A DNA stretch of 63,301 nucleotides, counting the filler, from Stramenopiles sp. TOSAG23-2 (Eukaryota), in the NCBI GenBank assembly GCA_900128395.1. It is 19 parts of 19 records of this genome, joined end to end, with 100 filler letters (N's around TTAATTAATTAA, not from the genome) between each part and the next. Parts side by side here need not be neighbours in the genome. Positions count along the whole stretch, not along the records: positions 10,042 to 13,288 come from LT651303.1; positions 13,389 to 16,634 come from LT651304.1; positions 16,735 to 19,978 come from LT651305.1; positions 20,079 to 23,321 come from LT651306.1; 15 more parts are not named here. One strand, 5' to 3'. Within the stretch, counting starts at the first letter, position 1, and every line of letters starts with the position of its first letter. Positions 10,343-23,000 of this stretch are shown here, one piece after another. Made by a program: the position numbers and the translations under genes. The notes under the pieces were generated by a model. That model had not been told where the DNA came from and ran no database searches. It saw only the letters and a program-made list of their open reading frames with translations.

Positions 10343-11287
10343 TTAAACAACCATGCTACTTCCACCACGACGACCTCTGGTAGCTTTTTTTTTGGGGGCA
10401 GCTTTTTTGCTGGAACTTCTTTTGCCTTTGCTGCTACTAGAGCTAGCCTCTTTTGCTGCGTTAGCGTCTTCACCATGTTCATATGTCCATCTGTCCAATT
10501 CATTTTCAAAACGTTTTTTATCACGTTTTGCTTTTTGTTCGAATTTTTTTTTTTCTTTTGCTGACAATACTTTCCACATGCCACTGACGATTTTGATGAT
10601 CTCTTGGCCATCTTTGAATGAACTTTCACCAGTACCTTCAAAATCTCTTGCAACTTGTGGGCGTTTTTCTTTAACGAAGAAAGCATATGCAGATACTGCA
10701 CGTTTTGGTTTTCTTGGGATAGAAGCTTTTTTGAAACTACGTTTGCTTGGTTTTGGTTCTCTTGGAGGTGGTGTGTAGGTTGACATTTCACGTTTGTAAC
10801 GTTCACGGTCAGCGTCTGCTTCTTTCTTGAATCTGGATTTGGCTTTCTCGCTTGCGTTTCTCCATAGCGTACTGATGTGTTGAAGAACATCTTTTTGCTT
10901 TTCGAATCGTTGTGCAACATTTTTTTGATGATGGGAAACAAAGGCCATGTATGTTGTCAATGGACGTTTTGGTGCATCTGGGTCTTTTTTTCTGCGTTTT
11001 AATTTTGGCTCATCAACTGGTGTTTGAGGAGTGTAATTTTCCATTTCCCTTGCATAACGATCTTTGTCTTCTTGCGAAACTTTGACGTATTTTTTCTTTT
11101 GGTTAACAGTCATCCTGTTCCAACGTGCACCACATTCACGAATAACTTCGGAACGTTTTGCGTTACCCATATCACGTGTAACACTTTTAATGTTGTCACG
11201 GACGTAAACCATGTATGCGGTCATAGCGCGTTTTGGTCTTTCTGGATCGCGTTTTCTTCTTTTGGTACCTTGTGGTTTGCGTGGCAT
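10343..11287 (-). CDS. HMG-box chromatin protein with three HMG boxes
   Basis: Three repeats of PKR(A/P)x(T/S)xY..F/Y..W......K..F/Y...A..D(K/R).R(Y/F)..E (DPERPKRAMTAY, DPDAPKRPLTTY, RKPKRAVSAY), plus a basic C-terminal tail. Confidence 0.93.
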   Translation of the reverse strand: MPRKPQGTKRRKRDPERPKRAMTAYMVYVRDNIKSVTRDMGNAKRSEVIRECGARWNRMTVNQKKKYVKVSQEDKDRYAREMENYTPQTPVDEPKLKRRKKDPDAPKRPLTTYMAFVSHHQKNVAQRFEKQKDVLQHISTLWRNASEKAKSRFKKEADADRERYKREMSTYTPPPREPKPSKRSFKKASIPRKPKRAVSAYAFFVKEKRPQVARDFEGTGESSFKDGQEIIKIVSGMWKVLSAKEKKKFEQKAKRDKKRFENELDRWTYEHGEDANAAKEASSSSSKGKRSSSKKAAPKKKATRGRRGGSSMVV

Positions 11288-11647
11288 GTTTGTTTTTGTT
11301 TTGTTTTGTTTTGTTTAAATAGAATTCTTTGAATCAATTGAATACGAATAATAGATTTCTTTTTTTTTCTCTTCTGTGCGTATATGTATGTATGGTGTTT
11401 GAATTTGTTTTTCGTATGAGTAGTGTGTTTGTGTACATATTGTAGTAGTTTATGTTTTTATATGTGATATATATTAACACGTATAACAATGGTGTTTGCT
11501 ATTTGTAAAGTGTAATGTAAAGTTGTACACAATGGTATTGTGTACTAAAAAATATAGGAATTAGTATTCAGACCTAACGAACTACCTATAAATCATGCTG
11601 TCTATATGCTAGACGTAGTATAAAATACACAATACAATATATTTGAA

Positions 11648-11811
11648 TTTTTATTAGGACAAATTTTAAATATTAATAATGCTATTTCCATATTACCAGA
11701 GTTTCGACGATTAACTGTCAAATTGGTTTTTTTTATTAGGACAAATTTTAAATATTAATAATGCTATTTCCATATTACCAGAGTTTCGACGATTAACTGT
11801 CAAATTGGTTT
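11648..11811. repeat. Exact tandem duplication, 82-bp period, upstream of the HMG gene
   Basis: tttttattaggacaaattttaaatattaataatgctatttccatattaccagagtttcgacgattaactgtcaaattggttt occurs twice (attaggac at 11653 and 11735). Confidence 0.9.
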
Positions 11812-11958
11812 TAGTGATATTTCCATCCTACGAACAAAAAAAAATGTGTGGTACTCAGTTTACCACTGGTATGTGCGTACTATGTTGATGTAGTCTACCT
11901 TTGTAATATACAGTTGTTCTGTTGTTCTAGTAACATGTAGTTTCTAGTTGTGCGCTTG

Positions 11959-12336
11959 CCCAGTCAATTTTTTTCCTGGTACGATACTTTAGCATGGGAA
12001 TAGCATTGAGGTCCAAAATATCGCATGCTGTGTCCATGCTAGATAAAAGATGAAAAAATGAGATTTATCGTTCAATAAAATTGATACATGAAATATACTA
12101 TAAAAATATCCGTAAAATATTAAATATAACAAATTATCATTAACCTTATAAAAACTTATAAATACTATCATTATTTCCATATTCATATTTTCAGATTCCC
12201 AAAATTTAGATCAATTTTATTGAACGATAAATCTCATTTTTTCATCTTTTATCTAGCATGGACACAGCATGCGATATTTTGGACCTCAATGCTATTCACA
12301 TGCTAAAGTATCGTACCAGGAAAAAAATTGACTGGG
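11959..12336. mobile_element. MITE-like element, ~127-bp terminal inverted repeats (CCCAGTC...GACTGGG), putative 4-bp TSD CTTG
   Basis: Arms 11959-12085 and 12210-12336 are reverse complements with one mismatch. CTTG flanks both ends (11955-11958 and 12337-12340). A diverged copy of the left end is at 26609. Confidence 0.8.
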
Positions 12337-12698
12337 CTTGTACATAGTAATAGTGTAGCAAAGTTCCGAGTAATGGTACATTATCTACCACCTGCTAGAT
12401 CCAACACCAACCTACCGATCGAGTATACAATAATCTAGTCTAAGAACTGAAGAACTTACCTATCTATTCAGGGATCCCACAACCGATCCTGTGACTGAAA
12501 GAAAAGTGGAAAGTACAAAAAAAAATCTCTGAATCTTAAAAAAAGAGGGACAACTAAAATTACTGAAGCAATATAAATATAAATATATATATACAGTGAG
12601 GGGTGTAGTACAAGGAGATATATACATGATAGAATATATATAAGCAACATCATTATCAAGAAACAAAACAAAAATATACAACAAACAATTTATAAAAC

Positions 12699-13037
12699 AT
12701 GAACACCCGTTTTACTGTCTTATTTGCACTTGTATGTGCTTTAGTAGTAGCACTTGCCTCTGCGCATGTAGACCATGAAGTTGCTAAACAACTACAAGAG
12801 TTAAGAGAACAAAATGAGTTAATGAGAGCAGAATTATCAAAATACCGACAAGCAATTGAAACTGCAGGTGGACAAAGAGTTGCAGAACCAGAAAGTTTCA
12901 TGGAAGTATCTGAAGAGAGCGAAGATCCGTCCATTCAGTGCCAAACTATTTGTAAATTTGTAAGACCAAACGTAGGTAAAGACGCTGAAGCTGAAGCAGA
13001 AGCAGAAGCAGAAGAAGCGACTGCGGAAAAGAAATAG
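12699..13037 (+). CDS. Small secreted protein (signal peptide, short coiled coil, CxxxC, EA-repeat tail)
   Basis: MNTRFTVLFALVCALVVALASA signal peptide; A-rich context before the ATG; coding-like composition. Confidence 0.7.
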   Translation: MNTRFTVLFALVCALVVALASAHVDHEVAKQLQELREQNELMRAELSKYRQAIETAGGQRVAEPESFMEVSEESEDPSIQCQTICKFVRPNVGKDAEAEAEAEAEEATAEKK

Positions 13038-13567
13038 ATAAAATTATAGTTAGGTTTAATAAAATATATAAAAAATAAAAAAATAAAATAACGTGCGGTA
13101 TGTAGTAGCAGGGTAATGTAGTGGAACATTTAGGAGACGTTCATATTATTGTCTCTTCATTAATCTTTTAAATAGGACGATTGTTGGAAAATTTGATGTA
13201 TTATATATTTATATATATATATATATGCGTTGCGTTATATTTTGTCATATATATAAATAATAAATTGTATTTTAGAATAGGTTTCAGCNNNNNNNNNNNN
13301 NNNNNNNNNNNNNNNNNNNNNNNNNNNNNNNNTTAATTAATTAANNNNNNNNNNNNNNNNNNNNNNNNNNNNNNNNNNNNNNNNNNNNTATATATATATA
13401 ATATATTCAAGATAATTAATTATTAATTATTTGATTTTTTAGGTGTTTTTTTATTGTTTTCCTCATCATATATAATATATTATATATATATATATATAAT
13501 AAAAGAATAATAATATATTAACATCATCAACGTATAAAACAAAAATTACAACAAAATAACAAAAAAA

Positions 13568-16500
13568 ATGCCACCACATGTTTCACAATTATTAAATTCT
13601 GCAATAAATGCATTAAAACATCCAAATCCAAAATATCGTGAAGCTGGTGCAAATACATTATCAAAATGTGTTAATGCATATAGAAAAGACATGTCTGGGG
13701 AAACATTTACATCCTTTATGACGGATTTAAATAAAATTATTTTTGATTACGTTAGTAGCAACGTGCGACATGAAAAATTAGGTGGAATATTAGCTATCAA
13801 AACATTAATTGAAGCTAGTAATTCTGAAAGTGAAGTACAAGTCATAAGATTTGCAAATTGTTTACGTGTTGTTTTTCAACAACAATCCCAACATGCAGAT
13901 GCAGAAACATTAATACCAGCGTCAGAAGTATTAGGACATTTAGCAAAAGCTGGTGGTACATTAACTGTTGATTTTGTACAATTTGAAGTAACGCGTGCAT
14001 TAGAATGGTTACAATCCGATCGTCATGCAAGTCGTTTATTAGTAGCAACATTAGTATTAAAAGAATTAGCTGAAAATGCACCTGTGTTGTTTTATTCACA
14101 TGTTGGGTATGTAGATTATATATATTAACAAATCCAATAATACTTCTATAATATACTATATATATATATATATACATAGATAGATAGTATTAAAATTTCT
14201 CTTCATCAATAAAAAACTAACATCATCAAAAATTCATATCACCACACAGCACATTTTTTGAACATGTAGCAGTTGTATTAACTGATCGAGATAAAGTTAT
14301 ACGTGAATCTGCTACAAAAGCATTACGTGCATGTTTACGTTTAATCGGAGATAGAGATAGTCGTTGGCGTGTGAAATGGTATTATAAATTATATGAAGTT
14401 GTACAAAAAGGTTTATCATTAGGTACATCAGATAATTTACATGGTTGTTTTTTAGCTACAAAAGAATTATTAGAAAATACAGGTGATTTCATGGTACCAC
14501 GTTTTGGGGAAGTATGTAACATTGCATATAAATTTAAAGATCATCGTGATCGTTTAATACGTGATACAGTTGTTTCCATCATACCTGCATTGGCAACATT
14601 TAGCCCTGATGCATTTGTACATGATTATTTAAATAAATTTATGGATCATCTTAGTGAAAAAATGGCACGTAGTAGTAGACGTGGTATTGCATATTTAGCA
14701 GTTGGTAAAGTTGCTATAGCAGTTGGGCGTGCATTTGTACCATATTTAGTACGTATCATCATCACCATCATATATATATATATAAACACACACACATACA
14801 CATAAAATATATACTAACAATAAATACACACACACACACACACACACAGGACCGAGTCGTTGATTTAGTGGAAGATGGATTGAATCCAAAAAATAGACGT
14901 GGTGTATGTATCGAAGCATTACCATGTTTATCGAATTTAGCAATTGCTGCATCTGGTCCAAAATTATTAAAACGTTTTTTACCAAAAAGTAATCCAAATG
15001 CAAGTCGTGATTCATCTTTAAAAGATTTATCTGATAAACATGATTTAATTGAACGTATGTTTGCAACTGGTTTATCAAAACCATTGATACAAGCATTGGA
15101 ACAAATTGCACGTTGTATTCCAATATTATTACCACTTATACAAAACAGATTATTAGCTGAATTTTCATTAATTTTATCTCATGAGGAATATTGCGTACCA
15201 GGCAGTAATGGAAATGATGGAATGTTTTCTGCATCTGGAAAAGTAAATGCAACGAAAAATAATGATAACAATGTAGATAAAGATAAGAAAAAAAGCAAAA
15301 TGAAAATTTCAACACCACGTGAAGCGTTGAAAAAAGGAAGGAAAAAAATAGTAAATGCTGTCATGGGAAAGAAGAAAAGTAAACGTGCATATAAAAATAG
15401 TATGGATGATGATCCATCACCAAATTTAGGACCATTAGCTGGTCCAGATGAGATCAATCAAATGGGTGGAATCGGAATAGGTGTAAATATGAATGGTGGA
15501 GATGATATGAATGATCCAAATAATGGTATAACGGGAGGTAGAAGCATGTTGGGAGGAAATGGAAACAACATGATCAATGCTGCTGCTGTTAGAAAATATA
15601 GTCGACCAAAAAACCATCCAGGCCATCGTTCATTATCCCCACAAGATGGTGAATTAGCATTATTAGCATTAAAAACATTAGCAACATTTAATATGAAAGG
15701 ATTAGTACTATTGCCATTTGTTCGAAATGTCATTTCAGAATATTTAAAGAATCCAAATGTAAAAATACGAACACAAGCAGTGGAAACATGCATTGCATTG
15801 TTGTTGACACATGGTGGATTAGCACCAATGAATTCATCGGAAGAGCAGAAAACGTCCTCTCGAGCTTCCACGCCATTAGCAACACCAAATGGATCACCGA
15901 GTAGATTAGCAGGTGCGAAAATGGAGAAAAATAGAAAGTTACATAATAGTTTATTACAAAATCAACAACATGGAAGAAATAAGTATAAAACATCAAATGG
16001 ACGGACACGTACAGCACGATTTCGATGTGAAGCGTTAGGGCATATATTGACATTAGCCATTGCTGATCGGGATGCCATCGTTCGTAAAACTGCTATTGCT
16101 GCATTGAAACCGGCATTTGATCGAGATTTAGCACAAGTAGATATGCTTCGGCCATTGTTTGTTGCATTAAACGATGAAGATTTTGAAATTAGAGAAATGG
16201 GAATTGTTGTAGTTGGTAGATTGACACGACGAAATCCGGCATACGTCATGCCATTGTTACGAAAAACGCTGGTCCAACTATTGACAGAGTTGGAATTTTC
16301 AAATGATATCCAAGGCAGGGAAGAAAGTAGTAGATTATTAGCATTATTGATAAAAGCATCGAAAATATTTGTCAAACCATATTTATCACGAATATTAAAT
16401 GTATTGATGCCTCGTTTGCAAGATAATCATCCAGGTGTTGTTACATCAGTACTTCGTACATTAGGCGAGCTTTCAGAAGTTGGTGGTACAGAATTATTAC

Positions 16501-16634
16501 CACATTGTAAAACATTATTTCCATTGGTAATTAATGTAATACAAGATCAAGGCTCTGTAACAAAACGAACAGTTGCGATAAAAACAGTCTTTAAGTGTAA
16601 CATTACGAACTATGAAAATACCAACAAAATTACA
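13568..16634 (+). CDS. TOR: Target of rapamycin kinase, N-terminal HEAT region (3' truncated at contig end); exons 13568-14106, 14250-14748, 14850->16634
   Basis: EKLGGILAI, IRFANCLR, VQFEVTRALEWLQSDR, LVLKELAENAP, FFEHV..IRESATKALRACL, LFVALNDEDFEIRE..GRLTRRNPAYVMPLLRKTLVQLLTELE, REESSRLL match TOR HEAT repeats; splicing both introns restores one frame. Confidence 0.95.
14107..14249 (+). other. Spliceosomal intron 1 of TOR (143 bp, phase 2)
   Basis: GTATGT donor, ...CACACAG acceptor; the join reads LFYSHVG-TFFEHV, continuing TOR homology. Confidence 0.9.
14749..14849 (+). other. Spliceosomal intron 2 of TOR (101 bp, phase 0)
   Basis: GTACGT donor, TACTAAC branch-point-like sequence at ~14812, (CA)n tract and CAG acceptor; the join reads FVPYL-DRVVDLVEDGL in frame. 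Confidence 0.88.
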
Positions 16635-16734
16635 NNNNNNNNNNNNNNNNNNNNNNNNNNNNNNNNNNNNNNNNNNNNTTAATTAATTAANNNNNNNNNN
16701 NNNNNNNNNNNNNNNNNNNNNNNNNNNNNNNNNN

Positions 16735-19700
16735 TAAAGTCACCGTTCCAACTACTGTTACACTCCATACAGTTATTGCACCCCAAAATGTATGAGACCA
16801 TGGTAAACATTGTTTAACATATTGCATGGTAACTTCATCATAAAATTCAGGTTTAAAGGTAATTGAAACTACAACTTGTGCTTTACGTGTACAACCATAA
16901 TGTACATGCATTGGTACTTTACCACTTGCACTAGCTAATTCCGATTTGGAAGATTCCCCACTACCAACTGCTTCCCCGCTAATAGCAGGACCACTGGTAA
17001 ATCCAAAAAAATCGCTACTGCAAATATTTGGCTCGCATTTAGCACGTACTGGATTCGAATTACTAGGATCATGTGATCTTTGCAATTGCCTACATTTGCC
17101 ACTAATATAAGTACCACGACATGGTGTTGGTGGTGCAGTACGATTGCCATAACCATGTTCAATCTCAGTTGGTGGCACATCTAAATAAAACGTTGATACT
17201 CGTTCATCTTCCGGCACAATACCAGTTCCTATTTTAGGATCTGTATTTGCAAATTGTGGTAAAAAAATTCCATCTTCAATCGCTAAATTTAATTTCTCAT
17301 CTTCCTCATTTTCTGGAAATATGGAAACCATTTTCTTTGCACTTGATCCAGAATCTAAATCAACAATTTCTTTTCTTTTTCCACGATATACATTTAAACC
17401 AACTGGGCGTCCACCACATTCTTTCACGATACTATATTTAATTGGTTTGAAAGGTTGATAAATTGGTGCAAATGTTAAGAAAATATTCACCATTCCACGG
17501 CCTTTTTTAATGCAACCAAATGAAATATTAAACGCAGTTGGAATATCACGAATATTCAATTGCTTTTCGCTCAATTGCCATGGGACTAACATGGTTTTCA
17601 ACGTTGGATTTTTTTCATCTTCTTGTTTTACTTGAAATGTAGGCCATAAAACTCCTTGACTACTACCTTTTGTCATCATTTGCAAATAATGTGCCAAGAC
17701 ACGTTCGCTACCTTCAATAATCGTACGATTAAAGGATTTTATTGCCTTAGCAAATGTTTTTTTAAATCTAAAACCTGGTGATATGACACCAGAATCAACT
17801 ATTTCACTACCACGTTCGCTTTTACCAATCATAACATCTGTTGCAATACTTTGTGTACAGCTCTTTTTATATGCATAATTTAACGGTGAATTAGGATGAT
17901 ATTGTGGAAACAATGGTACTTCCATTTGCACGATCGCATTGCCTGGTTTATTACATGTATATTTCAATACAGAGCTTACAGGTTGGTTTACACCACCTTT
18001 TGCACAGATGGCAAAGCGATTATCAGCAATTGGATCATTACACCGTATACTTTCTGGTACGACAAACACTTCCAATTCTGCAACTTGCAAAAAATCAGTA
18101 TTTTCTAATTGAACACGTACATATCGTGCAAATGCATTATTTGCTGGCAAAATATAATTATAAACTTCTTTAATATCAGTAAAACGTTTTGTATATAACG
18201 ACGTCTCAATAGCTTTCTCTAAATCACGTGGCAATGGTTCTGCTGAGACTAAAATTCTCATAGGGACAAGACGATATTGGGTATCTACAGACGGTGTATT
18301 CCACACACGTATATGTTTAACAATGGAATCTTTCATCACATCTTCCCCTAAATCTACTTCTAAATATGGCTGTGGATCTTGTCCATGCATACCAGAAATG
18401 GCACATGCCATGTGCGATTCTTCTGCCGTGCCATGTGAACCATCAACAGCTTTTGATGAAAAATGATCATCCCAAACAGAGGATAATTTAGTTGGCTTCT
18501 TCAATGCTGCATTGATCATGCCAGGGTAATTTATATATACATCTTTATCCAACGATTCTGCCTCCGTGCTAACATCCCCACTTACATCTACTTTTAAAAC
18601 GCTAGGGTTGGATACATGAACACGGACTGGTCGAATATCGAATCCAGCCGTATTTTCTGTATCGACCATACTAAACGTAGTCATCGCTTCTTTTGCTTCT
18701 ACAGATGCAAATGGTGCTGTTTTCGTAATATCACTTGGTACCTTCCAATCTTTATCAATTACACCATCTTTCACAACATCGCCAATACCAGCAACTGTAC
18801 CAAGTTTAAAGCCTTTACGCGCTAAACCACCACACGCATGCTTCCAATGGAAAATAACTGGTTCTGGTGCAGCTCTTACCTCTCCAGTAAGGTGACATTC
18901 TCCTACTTTTAAACATGTATACCATATACGATGTCCACCTTTTTCTCTATCTAATTTTCCTATCGGTCTTGCGACTGTTACTTTGCATATTTTCTCCGAC
19001 ATTGAAACTGCTTTTAAACATTTACCAGATCCAATCCCATCGCCATCGCATAATTTTGTTGCATCAATGGTATCATCTTCAATTTGTACGTATAATAAAT
19101 CTTCCACATTTGTCGTTGTAGTTAACGGACTACCTAATGTTTTACGTTTACCATCTACTACAACATCTTCTACATCTGGTTTTGTACCAACTTGAATATT
19201 GACTGCAGCAGGCAAATCTGCTAATATTTGCTCTTCCTTCTTCTTCATTACACTTCGAATAAATGCTACTACATTGTCTTTTTCGAATGGGCCAGTAAAT
19301 TCTTTACCTAAAAATTTTGTACTATGTTTATAACCTTTTGGGAAAAATCGTATGGTTGGATAAGAGTCAACATCGTACATGCTTTGTGTATATGGATATT
19401 CAGAAATTGGGATTTTTGCTATTAACAAATCATCGCTAGCCACTTTATATTCCGTAGCAACACAATCGTATTTTGGTTTAAACTTTTTACAGGCTGGACA
19501 ATTTGGATTTGGTTTGTAAAAATATACAACAACATCTTTACGTAAACCTGTTTTAAAGTCACCATCAAACGCTGTATCGGTTAATAACGTAACATCAGCG
19601 GAAGAGCATGTTGTTGTTTTACCATTTGCTCCTACATTATTGTTATTCTTGGAAGCACCAGGTGCTTGCTGTACTACCAAATTACTATTGCTAATAGGCT

Positions 19701-19866
19701 GTAAAACATGTTGTGTTTCTTTCGCTAAATGACGACTACTTTCTCTCCTTAAATTCTTACTATTTTGTAAGTTAATTCCTATTGTATATTGTACATTATG
19801 AATAAATATACAATAAAATAATATAATTTGTATCAATATTATAGATTTCCTAATGGATGTTATCAT
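16735..19866 (-). CDS. Type I membrane/secreted protein: thioredoxin(PDI-like) domain + F-type lectin/discoidin-like domain + four Cys-containing beta modules + TM (3' truncated)
   Basis: Signal peptide MITSIRKSIILIQIILFYCIF; VVVYFYKPNPNCPACKKFKP..YDVDSYPTIRFFPKG; KAVDG..PYLEVDLG..IRVWN..ARYVRVQLENTDFLQVAELEVF; C-terminal hydrophobic WGAITVWSVTVVGTVTL. The start could be upstream at 19914. Confidence 0.75.
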
Positions 19867-20078
19867 ATTGAATAGATTATTCTTCTTCTTGATGATTGAT
19901 TCAAATACCATCATAGTATTTAATTCTTGTAGTACTTTATTATACAAAAACAATATGAATATCTTGTTGTATCTTCTCNNNNNNNNNNNNNNNNNNNNNN
20001 NNNNNNNNNNNNNNNNNNNNNNTTAATTAATTAANNNNNNNNNNNNNNNNNNNNNNNNNNNNNNNNNNNNNNNNNNNN

Positions 20079-23000
20079 GTAATAGGGTTATTGTTGCTTG
20101 TAAAAGACGGTGATGGCACTACGGTTTTTGCAGTCTTTGTAGTTTCTTCTTGTTGAAACATTTCAATTGGTATTGGTAATATTGAGTTCATAGATATTGA
20201 CGGGGCTTTTACCGGCCTATTTTTCAATTTTAAATCCATGTGTTTCCTCAATGTTTTTTCTGATAAAAATTGGACTTTGTTGAGTACTGATGCCCATTCC
20301 GTAGACGCTTCAAATGTTTCTTTCTTTCCAATAAGTATAAACATTACACGACTACGACTTGTTAAAACATTTAATCTTTTTTGATTTGACAAATGTGGTG
20401 ACGGTCTTTTCCCAGTTGAAACTAACGATACTAAGATAATATCGTTTTGAAGACCTTGATATTCATCCGTAGTGGCAATATCAATATTTTTCTCACCATC
20501 ATCGCTATCATACTCATCATCATCAAATATTTCAAAGACATCTTTTTTCAAATATTGTTTTTGATTTTTATATGGTGTCAATACACTAATTGATTTTGCA
20601 TTTATTTTATTTTTATCGTGCAAAATATGATCAACAAAAGCTTTTATGAAACTTGCTTCGTGCACGTTCTTTTCATCTATAGATTTACTTATGTTAAACA
20701 TTGTATAATCCATATCTATAAACAACGGGGGTATGGCCTGATTCTCGTTTCGAAACTTTTCTGCTAAAGTAGGTGGGAAAATTTCGCTTGTAACAATTGC
20801 ATCTAAATTGCGAAAAGCCGTATTTTCAACGTGCGGCAAATCAAATAACGAAGGATAACGCCAACGATACATGTCACAAATAGGTTTGGTTGCTCTTCCT
20901 TGGCAATTTAACAGTATTGGCTGGACACCTTTACGTAATAATACTTGGAACAAACTATCTTCCAACCATGTCCGTTCTTTGACTCCTGGATCCATAACTA
21001 CAGGTGATAATTGCAAATGATCTCCGACTAGAATGATACGGGACGGATTGTAGGATAAAAATGGCAATGCTTCAGGCTGCGTTATTTTAGCAGCCTCTTC
21101 GACAATGACAGTATCAAACTCCCATTTCATGGAGAATCTACGCGTGGCGCAACCTGTACATGTCATACATATAATATCAGCATTGACAATATCTTCACGT
21201 GAGACTCTTTCATAATTACCACCAATTCGAACGACATTTGGCACCCATGTATGGCCATTATTTCTATTTTTACGGCTTAAAATATCATACAGTTCTATAA
21301 TTGCCTCGTATAATTGATCAAGCGCCCGATTACTATGTGCAACAACCAACATACGTTGTTTTGTATATCGGCACAAATTGTTTGCTAAAATATTGATTAT
21401 CTCAATAACAGTATCTGTTTTACCAGTACCAGGTGGTCCAATAAGCATTGTAATTTTACGAAATAAGGATGACCATATTGCTGCTCTTTGTGTAGCATAT
21501 AATTTTCGCCGTTTGCTACCAATTTGACTAACTTGTTGTATTTCAATTGGGATAAAATCACTTTGATGCACTCCCCAAGAAGAGAAATTTATATCAAATC
21601 CAACATAATTAATATTCCTCCCGTTGTTAGCATGGTTCATGCTGTTGGTGTTATTATTATTATTTTTATCCTTTTGAATTAAATTATTTAAATATTTATC
21701 GCTACTAACATTGGTCTGTGCTTTTCTAGAACCTGTTGTAATATTTCTTATCGTGACATTATTTCCATTCGTATTAAAAAAGTTTAATCCTTCATGTATT
21801 TCTTCTAATGTAGTTCCAAGAACATTGCTATCACCAATTATGGTTTTCATACTATTGTTATTATTATTTTCTGATCTGGCTATAATGCCAATAGGAATAT
21901 CTATTTCAATGTTTTTTAACGCTTGATAAGAACTATTTTCCCGACCACATACTAAATTAATCAACCAATTTGGTACTTTTGGCCAAATGTTATCTTTTGG
22001 CGATGGCGTTCCTATGCGATCATCTACATGTACCGGTTTTCTAGATGTAGTATATTTATTAGGAGCAGCTAAACTTTCAATAACGGCTAAAATAGAGCTA
22101 TATCCACCGAACTTAGGATTCGTCATATAAATTCCATTAGGAGATGAATCAATTTCGCCAGCTTTTGTTTTCATCTCGTACCATTTATAAAATTCTTCAT
22201 TTACCTCTACCGTTGCAATGATTTCATGAAATTTGCTTCCAACACTACTATAATGCTTTTTTACCTTTTTTGCGCGTTGAAACCAGCATCCTCTAAAATA
22301 GAAGTTTTCATCTGAAAATGTATTCCATAATAAAAATAAATGACGACTTGCGTGGGAATAATTGTTTTTATCATTACCTTTACCCCTGCCTGATGCAGTA
22401 CGGCGGTGAATCTCATCATAATCAATTTCATCCGCTGTCCATGCAGATCCATTTACATAATTGTTACCATTATCATTACTATCACCACTATTATCATCCC
22501 CGCTCATTTGAATATCAGAACCAACTGATAAAAGATTTTTTCCAAGTGTATTTACATTTCTCTCGTCATCTTCCTCTAAATCCATTGTTACATTTTCAAA
22601 AATAGTAGAGCCAACGCGATGTTGTGGCACATTTGTATGATGAAAATCATCTATATGAGTTGCAACTTTTATATCAATAGTATAACGTTTCAATCCTTTT
22701 CCACGAAATATTGGATGGGAAAAGTCTGGATCAAATCTTAAGACTTTAAAAATGTTACTATTTTTACCATACATTTTACTTTCCTGATCATCATCATTAT
22801 TTACGATACTAGCATCCGTGTTATTGGCATTGTTAGAAGCAGCATTCTGACGTTGAATATTATTCGTTTCTGCTAAAAAGTCCATTGCTACTCTACTACT
22901 TCCATCATTTTTAAAACAACAATAATTTCTAAATAAATAATCATCCCAATTTATATAGCCATAACATAATCTAGGCAATACTTGTACATTTTTTATATCG

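Noticed and set aside
10243-10941. 232-aa ORF overlapping the HMG gene, and similar antisense/alternate-frame ORFs throughout the track
   Set aside because: Shadow frames of well-supported genes, with no recognisable motifs.
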